64,000 nt of DNA, from assembly GCA_963663035.1 (NCBI GenBank), contig OY760074.1, forward strand, positions 2,272,001 to 2,336,000, written 5' to 3'. Position 1 is the first letter of the stretch; each line of letters begins with the position of its first letter. The position numbers and the translations under genes are program-made. The notes below the pieces were generated by a model. That model was not told where the DNA came from and did not search any database. It saw only the letters and a list, made by a program, of their open reading frames with translations. Source of the DNA: Acidobacteriota bacterium (GTDB taxonomy: Bacteria > Acidobacteriota > UBA6911 > RPQK01 > JADFOI01). This document shows, one piece after another, positions 39,293 to 49,100 of the stretch.

Positions 39293-40931
39293 CCGCAATT
39301 ATTCATAAGTTTGGGGTGAGTGTCGATTTTCTGCGGAAGTTCAGGGCTGAGAGTGTGTTCAGGTGCGATTACAAGGCGTCCAAGCTTGTTGAGCCGAATA
39401 GAGATGAAGCGAGAGCCCCTTCCGGAAACAGCTCGGCCCGCAGGGGGCTGTATATCTGTGTTGGCGCAGGGAGTCAGGGGACCGTCAGGTGGGACACAGA
39501 CGGTGCATCAGTAATGCGAAGAGCTTTTGTTCGGGATAAGACGATGCCAGGTGCACCCAGATGCGACGAGAAGTTTCCCGAACCCGGGCACCGATTTTGA
39601 ACAGGCGGCGGCGGAGCGTCTCAATCTCCAGGTTGTGCCAGGGAGTCCCGCACAGGTAATCCCGCAGGCGCAGGATTAAGACATAGGCCAGGGCGTGGAT
39701 GAAGAGTCGGAACTGGTTGGCCAGGAAACGGTGGCAGCTCAAGCGATCCATGGCCAGATCTTTTTTGAAAGCTTTCACGAAGTTCTCGCACTGGCCCCGT
39801 CCGATGTAGTGGTCATACAGCTGCCCGGCCGTGAGATCCTGGCGGTTGGTGACCACAAAGCGACGGTTGAACCCGCGCTCGCTCACTTCCACCTTGGCCA
39901 CCATGCGCCGCTCCCGGTCCCAACTGTCGGCCTGATAGACGAGCTCGGTGAACTGGCGTTGCTTTTCTCCTGAGTCGTCATAGTCTGCTTGCACCTGCTC
40001 AACCAAGGGCTCGACGGTGGCCGCCAGCCGGGAGTTGCGGGCAAAGCCCACCACATACTGCAGTTTTTCCTCCTCACAGAACTCGTACAGTGCCGGCGTC
40101 GCAAAGCCACTGTCGGCTCGCACTTCGATCGGAACATCGGATCCCAGAACCTGGCGCATCCGGGCCACCACCCGTTTGAGAACCGCCACCGCGTGGGCGG
40201 CCGCCCCCTGGTTGCCGGGCCGCAGTAGCGCACATACCAGATCGCCCGTCTCGCCATCGAATAGCAACAGCGGATGATACATGTGCTCGCGATAATAGCC
40301 GTGGTAAAAGCTGAACTCCTGCTGCCCATGCGTGACGTCATCCGTGCTGTCGATGTCCAGGATGATCTTCTCGGGCCGGCTCTTCTTGCGGTGCTTCAAG
40401 TAGGTCTCCAGCAGCCACTGTCCCAGGCGAGTGAGATCCTTCGAGTCCACCGAGTTCTCCAGTCGCGACAGCGTGGGTTGAGAAGCCAGATCCGGATCGC
40501 TTTCCGGCAGCCGATCACACACGGTCTTGAAGATGGGATCCGAGCGCAAGCTGTCGGCATCGTTGCAGTCCTCATAGCCGGCCACGATCTGAAAGCTGCG
40601 CTGGGTGAGCAGTTCGCGAATCTGGTGGCGGACGTAGCGGCTATCTCGAGCGTCCTTCAGGCAGGAGGCAAAGCCAGCCGTCAGTCCGTGCTGTTGATCC
40701 AGGGCGTACAGACACAGCAGCCCGGCATCGGAGGAGAGCCGGCCTCCATCGAATCGAGCCACCACTTTTCTGTCAGGGTGAGATGGCAAGTTGATCTGGC
40801 AGACTGATGCATCGCTGGGCCGTACCTTTTTGGTTTGGAGTTGTTTCATAACCCCTTTTATATCAAAGAGGTACGGCATCTTTTTGTGCCCTCGATCAGA
40901 CCCCTTCTTCAGAATTTATGAATAATCCGGG
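39293..40931 (-). mobile_element. IS1380-family insertion sequence (1639 bp) flanked by CTAG on both sides
   Basis: Imperfect TIR CCGCAATTATTCATAAGTT / AATTTATGAATAATCCGGG; CTAG at 39289-39292 and 40932-40935. Confidence 0.92.
39485..40879 (-). CDS. IS1380-family DDE transposase
   Basis: 'FDGGRLSSDAG', 'GYEDCNDAD.LR.DP', 'LDIDST..HGQQE', 'RADSGF', 'RGQCENFVK', 'FLANQFRL'. Confidence 0.95.
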   Translation of the reverse strand: MPYLFDIKGVMKQLQTKKVRPSDASVCQINLPSHPDRKVVARFDGGRLSSDAGLLCLYALDQQHGLTAGFASCLKDARDSRYVRHQIRELLTQRSFQIVAGYEDCNDADSLRSDPIFKTVCDRLPESDPDLASQPTLSRLENSVDSKDLTRLGQWLLETYLKHRKKSRPEKIILDIDSTDDVTHGQQEFSFYHGYYREHMYHPLLLFDGETGDLVCALLRPGNQGAAAHAVAVLKRVVARMRQVLGSDVPIEVRADSGFATPALYEFCEEEKLQYVVGFARNSRLAATVEPLVEQVQADYDDSGEKQRQFTELVYQADSWDRERRMVAKVEVSERGFNRRFVVTNRQDLTAGQLYDHYIGRGQCENFVKAFKKDLAMDRLSCHRFLANQFRLFIHALAYVLILRLRDYLCGTPWHNLEIETLRRRLFKIGARVRETSRRIWVHLASSYPEQKLFALLMHRLCPT

Positions 40932-40939
40932 CTAGACCT

Positions 40940-40967
40940 TGTCAGCTGTCAGCTGTCAGTTGTCAGC
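40940..40967. repeat. Heptamer tandem repeat (TGTCAGY)x4
   Basis: Read directly from the sequence; overlaps the stop codon of 40956-41723. Confidence 0.8.
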
Positions 40968-41723
40968 GGTTCTCCCGTAACCGCATTCCATCTGAAAGAC
41001 ACAATCGTGACAAGCAGGATTCTTCTTGCAGGCCTGTTTGGCGTGCTCGACGATCAGAGCATGAAACCGTTTGAAGAGAGCTACATCCACCGGTAACTGT
41101 GATTCGAAAAACCGCTGGACTTCTGGGTAGCTGGCCTTCTCGCTCAGCAGTCCGTATCGAGCAAAGATCCGACGCGTGTAGGCGTCCACCACAAAGTGAG
41201 GCTGGTCGCAGGCATAGAGAAGAATGGAGTCGGCTGTCTCAGGTCCAATGCCTTGAATGGAAAGAAGCTCCTCACGTCGAACCTGGCTGTAAAAATCACC
41301 CGGGTAGGTCAAGATGAATTGAACCAGTCCTTTCAAGCGCCTGGCTTTCTGCCTGTAGAATCCCGCCGATCGAATCGTGTCCTCCAGCAAGGTTTGTGTA
41401 CAACGTTCGATTTGATTGGCTTCCACCAGCTGCTTCTCGATCATCCGGCTGAGGGCTTTTTCCACATTTTTCCAGTTGATGTTCTGGGTAAGAACAGCAC
41501 CCACCACGACCTCAAAACGGTGGGGTTGAAATTCACCGCTCAGCGGCCACTCTCCATTCGGCCAGCCTTTCATGGAAGGATAGGTGTCATCGAGGCCTTG
41601 GTAGATCTTGAGAAGAGGCTGAGGGTTGAGGAATCTCTCCATAGTGAGTGGATCAACGAGTCGCCCAAATGAGGGCAACTCAGGCTCACGAATCCGGTTT
41701 CGAGGCGCCGCCCTGGGAGACAA
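40956..41723 (-). CDS. Endonuclease III-related HhH-GPD glycosylase with 4Fe-4S motif
   Basis: 'GAVLTQN..W.NVE', 'GIGPETADSILLYA', 'VVDAY', Cx6Cx2Cx5C; start uncertain. Confidence 0.88.
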   Translation of the reverse strand: MSPRAAPRNRIREPELPSFGRLVDPLTMERFLNPQPLLKIYQGLDDTYPSMKGWPNGEWPLSGEFQPHRFEVVVGAVLTQNINWKNVEKALSRMIEKQLVEANQIERCTQTLLEDTIRSAGFYRQKARRLKGLVQFILTYPGDFYSQVRREELLSIQGIGPETADSILLYACDQPHFVVDAYTRRIFARYGLLSEKASYPEVQRFFESQLPVDVALFKRFHALIVEHAKQACKKNPACHDCVFQMECGYGRTADN

Positions 41724-43338
41724 TACGCAGACTGGATTGCCGCGATCTTTCAGCTCTTGACTCTTCGTCAGAGGGATAAGCGATTCGTCGATGAACAGAA
41801 CTTTCCAGGAAATCTGTCAGAACATCAATGATCTTTCTTAAGTCTCCGGTCGTCAGCCCTGATTCGTCGAGCTCTCCCCGCTCCGCCTTCCCGTAGGCAA
41901 TTCGACTGACTACTTTGCGAATGGCTTCCTTGTCGCGTTTCTCAATCACTCGAAAGGCGGCTTCACAGGAGTCTACGATCATGACGATACCTGTTTCCTT
42001 GCTTTGAGGTTTGGGCCCGGAATATTTGAAGACCCGTTCTGACTTTATTTGCGATTCCAGTCGTTTTGATTTGTTGTAAAAGTAATGGATGGTGGAGGTT
42101 CCATGATGTTCCGGGATGAAAGCCTCAACGGGCCCCGGCAAACCTATCTTCCGCGCCAATCGGACTCCCAGGATCACATGAGAGCGAATCACCGCCGCTG
42201 AAGCCACCGGCCCTAGTTCATCATGTTGGTCCTTTCCTCCTACCTGGTTTTCAATAAAGTACTGAGGATTGAACATCTTGCCGATATCATGGTGGTAGGC
42301 TCCAACTCGAACCAAGAGGCCGTTGGCACCAATGTCGTTGGCCACTCTTTCTGAAATTGTGGCCACCGCCATACTGTGCTGGTAGGTACCAGGCGCCTTC
42401 AGAAAGAGCTCGCTCAAGACCGGGGAGTTGAGATCCAACAGTTCACTCAAGCGAAAGGGGGAGGCGAAATCAAACAGGAGCTCAAAAGCGGGAAGAAAAA
42501 TGAGGGTAAGCAAACCGGCCATGAGGCCGTTACTGAGGCTGGCCACTGCCTCGGGAAAGACAAGAGAAAGTTGCTGATTGTTCAGCAGTGATTGACACAA
42601 GAACACCAGAGCCATGACCAGCCCGACCAATAAGGATGCAAACATCAGGTCATAGCGTTTGCGGGCTTTCCGCACCCAACTTCCACTCACCAGCCCACCT
42701 GCCAGCAAAACCAGAAAAAGTCCGAAATCAAAGGGTGCCAGCAGCGAAACAAATATCAGCGTTATGAACATGGTCAAGGGCACAATGCGTCGGTTGACGA
42801 GAACCGTGATCACCATTCCCGCCCAAGGCAGAGGAATGAGATAGGGGGAGAAAAGCTCGTAAAAGAGCGCCATCTTGGCGCAAGCCAGGACGCTCAGAAT
42901 CATCACATAGATGAGGACGAGATTTTTGTTTTTTTCTGTGCCAGTGGGATAGAGGATGTTGATGTGGTAGAGCAGAATGAAAATAAAGACACTCAGAATG
43001 AGTAACGTTCCCAGGAGTTGTCCTGGATTAACACGGGCCAGATTCGGGATGAAAAGAATCAGAAACGCACTGGGAATGAACAGAGAAGTGGAGATCCAAG
43101 CCACGTAAGGAATACCGAATAAAGAAGGTCGTGCTGCACAAGGTTCCCCTTCGCGCAGCTCCCTCTCCGGCGAATCCTTCTTTTCCAGATCCCTGAGAGC
43201 GGTCGTCTCCAGGTTTCGGATCACCCCTTGGGCTAAGGCAAGGCGGCGGGTGTGACGAAGACGCATGAGCCCGAGAATGGCTCCGAAGACAGCGACACCA
43301 ACCAAGATGGCAACCGCGTACGTGTAGATCTCAGTCAT
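41686..43338 (-). CDS. Membrane HDIG/7TM-HD phosphohydrolase (PgpH-like)
   Basis: Multiple TMs, 'APGTYQHS', HHDIGK, 'YFIENQ', EHHGT, 'YSGPKPQSKE', 'DSCEAA'. Confidence 0.88.
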   Translation of the reverse strand: MTEIYTYAVAILVGVAVFGAILGLMRLRHTRRLALAQGVIRNLETTALRDLEKKDSPERELREGEPCAARPSLFGIPYVAWISTSLFIPSAFLILFIPNLARVNPGQLLGTLLILSVFIFILLYHINILYPTGTEKNKNLVLIYVMILSVLACAKMALFYELFSPYLIPLPWAGMVITVLVNRRIVPLTMFITLIFVSLLAPFDFGLFLVLLAGGLVSGSWVRKARKRYDLMFASLLVGLVMALVFLCQSLLNNQQLSLVFPEAVASLSNGLMAGLLTLIFLPAFELLFDFASPFRLSELLDLNSPVLSELFLKAPGTYQHSMAVATISERVANDIGANGLLVRVGAYHHDIGKMFNPQYFIENQVGGKDQHDELGPVASAAVIRSHVILGVRLARKIGLPGPVEAFIPEHHGTSTIHYFYNKSKRLESQIKSERVFKYSGPKPQSKETGIVMIVDSCEAAFRVIEKRDKEAIRKVVSRIAYGKAERGELDESGLTTGDLRKIIDVLTDFLESSVHRRIAYPSDEESRAERSRQSSLRIVSQGGASKPDS

Positions 43339-43383
43339 AACCCTCTCATTTTAGCACTTAGAGCAGTGACGGAAGGAGGCAGT

Positions 43384-43432
43384 TGTCAGTTGTCAGGTGT
43401 CAGCTGTCAGTTGTCAGTTGTTTGTTGTCAGC
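43384..43432. repeat. Heptamer tandem repeat (TGTCAGN)x7
   Basis: Read directly from the sequence (one unit degenerate); overlaps the stop codon of 43414-45378. Confidence 0.8.
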
Positions 43433-45378
43433 TGTTTTCCGCCCCGACTCAGCTGAAGCCAACCCATCAGAAAGGATAACAATATGCCCAACTGTAGGGC
43501 ACAGGTTTCCAGCGTAGCCCGGATTTCCAAAACAGAGATGCTCACCATCCAGTCCAGTGGGGTTTCTTTAAGCCAGCCGATTGTCTGCAGTTCGCGCACT
43601 CCGTAACCCGCAAAGACAAACGCCAGCATCCCCAGCAGGACTCCAGTGATGGCAAAGAACGGCTTGAGCGGAACGCGCAGTCCCAGCTTGAACATGACGA
43701 AGACCAATGAGAACAGAATCAGAGTACCCAACGCAAAACCCACCATGATGGCGCCCTGAGCACTTTCACTTCGCATCCACAGTGCCTCGTAAAAGAGGAT
43801 CGTCTCCACCGCTTCTCGATAGACGACTAAAAAGGCAACTGAGGCCAATGTGAGACCACTGCCCCTACCCATGGCTTCTTCGGCCTTCTTCCGAATGTAT
43901 TCCTTCCAGTTGCGGATATCGACTTGGCGAATCACCCAAACACTCACTGAAAAAAGGACCGCGGCAGCCAACAAAGAGGTCAGCCCCTCCAGGGCTTCCT
44001 GTTGAAGGGGAGAGATCCCAAGAGCAAACTGGGTCAGCCACCAGGTGGTGAAACCCAGGAGAATTGCAGCACCAACGCCCATCACAACGAATTTTTGAAG
44101 TTGCTGGTAACCAGCCGCCGCCAGATAAGTCACCATCAGCGCCAAAAGAAGAGCGGCCTCCATACCTTCTCGCAAGATAATGGCCAGTGACTGCACAAAG
44201 GCAAAACCCCAGACAGTCTCAGAGTCGCTGAGAGCTTGTCCCGCAAGCTTTGTCAGTTCCTGCACTGTTTGAAGACGGGCGCCCATTGTCTCCACCGATG
44301 CACCATTGCGAAGATCCAAGCGATAGCCTGCGAATTGACCTTCCAGCTCAGCCGCAAGACTGCGATCCCTCTGCTCCAACGCTGGTTCTACAGGCTCCAC
44401 ACCTTCCAGGTAAGCATCCAGAGCCAAATTGAGTGCCTGGTCCACTTCTCCTCGCCGATAGGCTTCCAGGCTCTGCTGGAGCCTCTGCTCAGCTAACACG
44501 AGAAGATCCTCCAGAGACGCTCCGGGAGGATTTTCTCGATAGTAATCGAGATTTGCGACCTGCGGTTGGACTCCATCGTTCGCTAACTGAGCAATGAGTT
44601 CTTCATTGGAGTGAATCGCTAAAGCCTTTAAGGACACACGGAGAGAATTCGTGGGAGGAACCGGGTCAAAGCCATTCCGGAGCGTCATGACGTAAAAGGC
44701 GATATCCCAGCGCTCCTGATGGCTGAGCGACTCCAGATGGGAAGGCATGTCCGTACCTTCAACTCCGAACGTGAGGGCATTGAAGAGCTGGTGGGGAGAC
44801 AACTGATTCATGCGCTGATCCTGAAAAGATCGGGGCGGGGGATCCAGCTCCGCTGCTTCAGGTCCCTTTCCGTCTCCCTCTAACCCATGACACTTTGAAC
44901 AGCTCTCCAGGAACAGTCTCTTCCCTCGCGATAGACTGGGGACAACGGCTGGGTAGGAGACCACATTCAAGTCCTGAGAAAGCCTGGGAAGAAGACCGTG
45001 GGTAAGGCCTCGAACCTCACTCCAATCGCGCTTTTCCTCAATCAGAGTGCGAATCAGCTGGAGCTCTGTCAGGATCTCCTGCGCCGGGTCGAGTTGCCGG
45101 TACTGCTCCACCAGGAGCTGACTGAAATCCAGCATCTCCTGGTACTCAAATTCGCTGATGACCTGCCCGGCCTGGACCGCAGCAGCGTAGTCCGTTCCAA
45201 GATACTGGAGGAGAAAAACAAGCTTTTCAGGTTCCAGTTGCTCAGGATCTTGCGCTAGCGGGATCGACAGAGGCGATCCCGCCCGCTTCTGAGTCTGCAC
45301 TGGAACAAACAACAGAATGAGTCCAGTGAAAACCGGCAAGAACGTCAGGAAAAATAGCAAACGCCTGTTCAATTTCAT
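43414..45378 (-). CDS. Cytochrome c-fused FTR1-family iron/lead permease (PbrT-like)
   Basis: CSKCH heme motif; two RExxE motifs (REGME, REAVE); C-terminal TM bundle. Confidence 0.9.
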   Translation of the reverse strand: MKLNRRLLFFLTFLPVFTGLILLFVPVQTQKRAGSPLSIPLAQDPEQLEPEKLVFLLQYLGTDYAAAVQAGQVISEFEYQEMLDFSQLLVEQYRQLDPAQEILTELQLIRTLIEEKRDWSEVRGLTHGLLPRLSQDLNVVSYPAVVPSLSRGKRLFLESCSKCHGLEGDGKGPEAAELDPPPRSFQDQRMNQLSPHQLFNALTFGVEGTDMPSHLESLSHQERWDIAFYVMTLRNGFDPVPPTNSLRVSLKALAIHSNEELIAQLANDGVQPQVANLDYYRENPPGASLEDLLVLAEQRLQQSLEAYRRGEVDQALNLALDAYLEGVEPVEPALEQRDRSLAAELEGQFAGYRLDLRNGASVETMGARLQTVQELTKLAGQALSDSETVWGFAFVQSLAIILREGMEAALLLALMVTYLAAAGYQQLQKFVVMGVGAAILLGFTTWWLTQFALGISPLQQEALEGLTSLLAAAVLFSVSVWVIRQVDIRNWKEYIRKKAEEAMGRGSGLTLASVAFLVVYREAVETILFYEALWMRSESAQGAIMVGFALGTLILFSLVFVMFKLGLRVPLKPFFAITGVLLGMLAFVFAGYGVRELQTIGWLKETPLDWMVSISVLEIRATLETCALQLGILLSFLMGWLQLSRGGKQLTTNN

Positions 45379-45465
45379 CCCTCTGAGATCCTAATTGAAA
45401 TCGAATTTCAATTTCAGGATGAAGGCTATCACCCTCAGGGCTGGGTTTCAAGTCGCTCCGGTAAG

Positions 45466-45656
45466 CCGGGATTATGCATAAATTTTCTACTGCAGTGCCG
45501 CAATCATCCACTCTGACTGCGTTCTACTTCCTTGGGCTCCTCGGCGTACTGCATGAGCACGCCTGCGGGGCCCGACCCGCAAGCGGGTACCCCTCGCACG
45601 CCTTGTCATCGCGGCGCCAGCGGCACTTCGTCACGAAAACCTATGCATAGTCCCGG
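45466..45656 (+). mobile_element. MITE family 1 full copy (191 bp)
   Basis: Ends CCGGGATTATGCATAAATT / AACCTATGCATAGTCCCGG, flanks TAAG/CTAG; shared internal hairpins. Confidence 0.85.
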
Positions 45657-45687
45657 CTAGCCGCTCGGGGCTCGGGAGACGGCAGAA

Positions 45688-46251
45688 TTATTGGGGAAGG
45701 TCTTGGGAGCTTTCCATGGCAACACGCTCTGCAAGATCGCTCCATGGCACAAGAAACTCGTCCAGCAGCAGGTGATTGCCGCTCGACTGCAATTCCTCTT
45801 GAGTATCCTTGAACTGAAAGTAATAGAGCGTATAGGACTCGACGCTGTACAACCCGCCACTGCGATTGTAGCTAACCCGGCTTTCGTACTCACCCAGGCG
45901 TTCTCCCGACTGATTAAAAATGGGAAGCCCCTTTAATGTGGCCTCAGGAACCAGTCGCACCAGGTTGTTGGTAAGGGGTATGTAGAGTTCTTCCTTGTCG
46001 GTTCGAAAGATCTCTTGAAATTTGATCTCACAGTCGATCCCTTGAAGATCTTCTCTCAACCCCGTCAGCACTTCATCGATCTGTTCCCATTGGGCCCTTT
46101 GCAGTGGACCCCGGGTTTTGAACTTGGTGGGGAAAGTCTTTCCTTCCAGAAGAGATGCACACGCTTCTGGTCCATGAGGAAGGGAGGAAACCTGAGCCAA
46201 AGCCGATCCGCAAAAACCCCACCAAAAAAGAAATGCTACTGTCCGTTTCAT
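45688..46251 (-). CDS. Hypothetical secreted protein
   Basis: Signal peptide MKRTVAFLFWWGFCGSALA; abuts the hemY stop codon. Confidence 0.7.
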   Translation of the reverse strand: MKRTVAFLFWWGFCGSALAQVSSLPHGPEACASLLEGKTFPTKFKTRGPLQRAQWEQIDEVLTGLREDLQGIDCEIKFQEIFRTDKEELYIPLTNNLVRLVPEATLKGLPIFNQSGERLGEYESRVSYNRSGGLYSVESYTLYYFQFKDTQEELQSSGNHLLLDEFLVPWSDLAERVAMESSQDLPQ

Positions 46252-47712
46252 TTAGTGCCTCCGCTGCCTCTCTTCCGTCACCCCTTCGCTCACTCTCTCA
46301 GCGTGACGAATACAATCAGAGATGCCCACTCCATCCAGGAAGTTGCCTACCAAGTATAATCCAGGCACCTCATTCAAGTCCTGGCTCAGACGTTCTGTCC
46401 TCTCGTGATGACCCACTTGATACTGAGGTAGAGCGTTCTGCCACCGGTAGACCTTCTGGGAAACAGGTTCCTTCTGAATTCCCATGATCTCCACCAATTC
46501 ATCCTTTATCCTACACACCAGCTCCTCAGTATCTGAAGTCATCCACTTCCTGGCTTGATTCCCTCCCACAAAAGAGCGCAAGAGGGCATGCCCCTTGCGA
46601 CAACGGCCGGGGAATTTGTTGCTCATCCAGGTACAGGCCGCCATGGTCTTCTTTTCACCTTGGGTGACCAGAAAACCGGATCCAGTTCGACCAGCGAGGA
46701 TATCTTCATCGTACGCTAAACTCACGATGATCGCCGAAGCATAGGGGATTTTCTCCAGCAGCTGGGCCATTGGAGGAAAGGCTTTCGAGAGAATCTGGGC
46801 TGAGACATCAGCGGGGGTAGCCAGAATCAGAACGTCAAAATCCTCCCAAACTTCCCTTCTGATCCGCACCTGAAATCCGTGGCTCAGCGCCAGCGCATCA
46901 GACACCTTGGCCTCCAGACGCAGATCGACCCGCTTATTGAGCTCTTTCAGCAAAGCCTCGACCAGCTCAGCTGTTCCTCCCTTGAGCGAAAGGAGGGGGC
47001 TTCCCTCTGCTTTCCGGCCTGCCGCCCCTTTTCTGGGAGCGATTCTTTTCAACAGGCTCTTGGTCAGTTGAAATGGGCTCTTCGTCAATCTGCCGTAGGT
47101 GCGCTCAGCCTCATAGAGATGGGGCAAGGTACTGCGGATGCTGAGAGCAGAGGCATCACCTCCGTAAATGCCAACCACCAAGGGTTCCAAGATCTTTTCT
47201 GCGACCTCTCGACCCAATCTGCGGGAGATGAAGTTTGTCACGGATTCATCTTCGATATTGGCAGAGGAAATCAGGGGCTCCAGAGCTGCTCGAAGGCGAC
47301 CCCGGCAGGAAAGGAGAGGCGTTCTCACCAAGCCAAGCTGATCCAGAGGAGGTTTCGCAAACAGACCCGGCGGTAGAGTATGGAGCTTCCCCTGTGAGAG
47401 GAGATAGGATTTCCGATGGTGGGGCTCTGACCCAACCAATCGCCCTTCCAGGCCCAGCTTGCGGCACAACTCAAGAGCCTGCGGTTTGTGTGCAACGAAA
47501 GAATCGGGTCCCCCTTCCAAAACGAACTCCCCGATCCGTTCTGAGAGAATGGTGCCACCCCAGCGGCTGGACGATTCCAAAAGAACGATTTCGGCTTGAG
47601 ACTGACTCAGACGCTGGCTCAAGAAGTAAGCAGTGGAGAGACCAGAGATGCCTCCTCCAACGATGGCAATCCTGGTGGGTGGGGAATGTCCTTTATCTTT
47701 TGCTCTTGGCAT
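46252..47712 (-). CDS. hemY: Protoporphyrinogen/coproporphyrinogen oxidase (HemY/HemG type)
   Basis: GGGISG, 'EGGPDSF', 'GIYGGD', 'LPQYQVGH', 'GVGISDCI'; start ATG 47712. Confidence 0.93.
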   Translation of the reverse strand: MPRAKDKGHSPPTRIAIVGGGISGLSTAYFLSQRLSQSQAEIVLLESSSRWGGTILSERIGEFVLEGGPDSFVAHKPQALELCRKLGLEGRLVGSEPHHRKSYLLSQGKLHTLPPGLFAKPPLDQLGLVRTPLLSCRGRLRAALEPLISSANIEDESVTNFISRRLGREVAEKILEPLVVGIYGGDASALSIRSTLPHLYEAERTYGRLTKSPFQLTKSLLKRIAPRKGAAGRKAEGSPLLSLKGGTAELVEALLKELNKRVDLRLEAKVSDALALSHGFQVRIRREVWEDFDVLILATPADVSAQILSKAFPPMAQLLEKIPYASAIIVSLAYDEDILAGRTGSGFLVTQGEKKTMAACTWMSNKFPGRCRKGHALLRSFVGGNQARKWMTSDTEELVCRIKDELVEIMGIQKEPVSQKVYRWQNALPQYQVGHHERTERLSQDLNEVPGLYLVGNFLDGVGISDCIRHAERVSEGVTEERQRRH

Positions 47713-48730
47713 GTACCCACTGGACCACAGCCTCAACATTTTCCAGCGGGGTTTGAGGCAGGATTCCGTGTCCCAGGTTAAAGATGTGACCAGAACGACC
47801 GCCGGCCTGTTCCAGGACCTGGTCAACTTTTTCTTCCAAATAATCCCGGGGTGCGAGCAAGGCCACTGGATCCAGGTTTCCCTGAAGCGGGGTGTCGCTC
47901 CCCAAGCGGCGCCAGGTCTCCTTCAGACTGATCCGCCAATCCACCCCCATCACAGTACCCCCCGCCTCCTTCATCAACTCCAGAAGGGTCGCTGTTCCAG
48001 TACCGAAATGAATCAAGGGAACGGAGAACGGTTTCAAGCGCGCGAAGATTTTCTGAGAATAGGGCAGAACATAACGCCGATAATCTTCCGGTTCCAGACA
48101 TCCTACCCAAGTGTCAAAGAGCTGTATGGCTTGAGCTCCAGCCTCGATCTGAGCGGTGAGGTACTGCGCCATGACTTCCGAGGCCGTCTCCATAAGTCGT
48201 TTCCAGGCCTCGGGGTGGTGATACATGAGCCGTTTCGTATGAAGGAAATTCCTGGAGACTCCTCCTTCAATCATGTAGCTCGCCACGGTAAAAGGTGCTC
48301 CAGCGAATCCGATCAAAGCTGTTTTTGGATCCAACTCGCTGCGCACAAGTCCAAGGGTCTCCATCACACACCGAAGATCTTCTTCTGGATCTCCGACATG
48401 AAGCCTTTTCACATCTTCAGGACTTCTGATGGGCTGGTGGATCACCGGTCCTTCACCTTTGGAAAACTCGAAGTCTACGCCCATGCTCTTGAGGGGCAGC
48501 AGAATATCGGCAAAGATAATTGCTGCGTCCACCTCAAAGCGGCGGATCGGCTGGAGAGTGACCTCCTTGGCCACTTCCGGTCTCGCGCAGATCTCCAAAA
48601 GAGTGTATTTCTCGCGCAGTTTTCGATACTCCTTCATATAACGACCCGCCTGGCGCATGAACCAGACCGGAGTGCAGTCCACTTCCTCGCCCCGGCAGGC
48701 TTTCAAAAACCGCGAATCTTTCTCTGTCAT
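47693..48730 (-). CDS. hemE: Uroporphyrinogen decarboxylase
   Basis: 'PVWFMRQAGRY', 'FADIL', 'GFAGAPFTVASY', 'QGNLDP', 'FNLGHGI'. Confidence 0.98.
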   Translation of the reverse strand: MTEKDSRFLKACRGEEVDCTPVWFMRQAGRYMKEYRKLREKYTLLEICARPEVAKEVTLQPIRRFEVDAAIIFADILLPLKSMGVDFEFSKGEGPVIHQPIRSPEDVKRLHVGDPEEDLRCVMETLGLVRSELDPKTALIGFAGAPFTVASYMIEGGVSRNFLHTKRLMYHHPEAWKRLMETASEVMAQYLTAQIEAGAQAIQLFDTWVGCLEPEDYRRYVLPYSQKIFARLKPFSVPLIHFGTGTATLLELMKEAGGTVMGVDWRISLKETWRRLGSDTPLQGNLDPVALLAPRDYLEEKVDQVLEQAGGRSGHIFNLGHGILPQTPLENVEAVVQWVHAKSKR

Positions 48731-48773
48731 GCCGCTTTCATCCTATCCCATTTGGATCTCCCACGCAGGTCGT

Positions 48774-48803
48774 TTGACACTGCCTTGGGCTTTCCTCTAA
48801 ACT
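48774..48803 (+). promoter_or_regulatory. sigma70-like promoter; predicted +1 at or next to the GTG of the Cys-rich uORF
   Basis: TTGACA (48774-48779), 18-nt spacer, TAAACT (48798-48803), 7 nt, then GTG 48811. Confidence 0.7.
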
Positions 48804-48810
48804 ACGGGCC

Positions 48811-48999
48811 GTGGATAAAAGCTTGGATTTGAACGACATCGCTCGGTGGGCATGCGGAGATTCCCCTCTGGAGGGGGCCAATTCCTTCTGCACCCCACTG
48901 GACCGTCAGGCCGTGTGTGTCTGCTGCTGTTGTTGTTGTTGTACAAAACTTGTGTCAAGGGAGCAATGCCTGCTGCCGGCTCTTCATCGTAGGGAATAA
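48811..48999 (+). CDS. Polycysteine leader peptide (putative attenuator uORF)
   Basis: 62 codons with 11 Cys, including 7 consecutive (TGC TGC TGT x5 at 48922-48942); directly upstream of a terminator and cysM. Confidence 0.8.
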   Translation: MDKSLDLNDIARWACGDSPLEGANSFCTPLDRQAVCVCCCCCCCTKLVSREQCLLPALHRRE

Positions 49000-49023
49000 T
49001 TCCGAAGCGATATTTGAGACCCG

Positions 49024-49061
49024 AAAGGCCCGCAGGATTGCTCCCGCGGGCCTTTTTTTTT
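49024..49061 (+). terminator. Intrinsic terminator (attenuator) in the cysM leader
   Basis: AAAGGCCCGC-A-GGA-TTGC-TCC-C-GCGGGCCTTT with a T9 tract; its 5' arm and loop are alternatively complementary to 48959-48973. Confidence 0.85.
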
Positions 49062-49100
49062 ACTCTGACGCGAATATGCCATCTTTTTTGGAGATCTCTT

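Noticed and set aside
47633-48832. 399-aa plus-strand ORF, and similar long antisense ORFs such as 10420-11451, 17702-18583 and 31277-32185
   Set aside because: These are shadows of well-supported opposite-strand genes (hemE, GMC, M48, sucD) with no motifs of their own.
48914-48942. (TGT)n tract as a mere microsatellite
   Set aside because: It mixes TGC and TGT codons in one frame, the ORF has further Cys codons, and it lies between a promoter and a terminator ahead of cysteine synthase.
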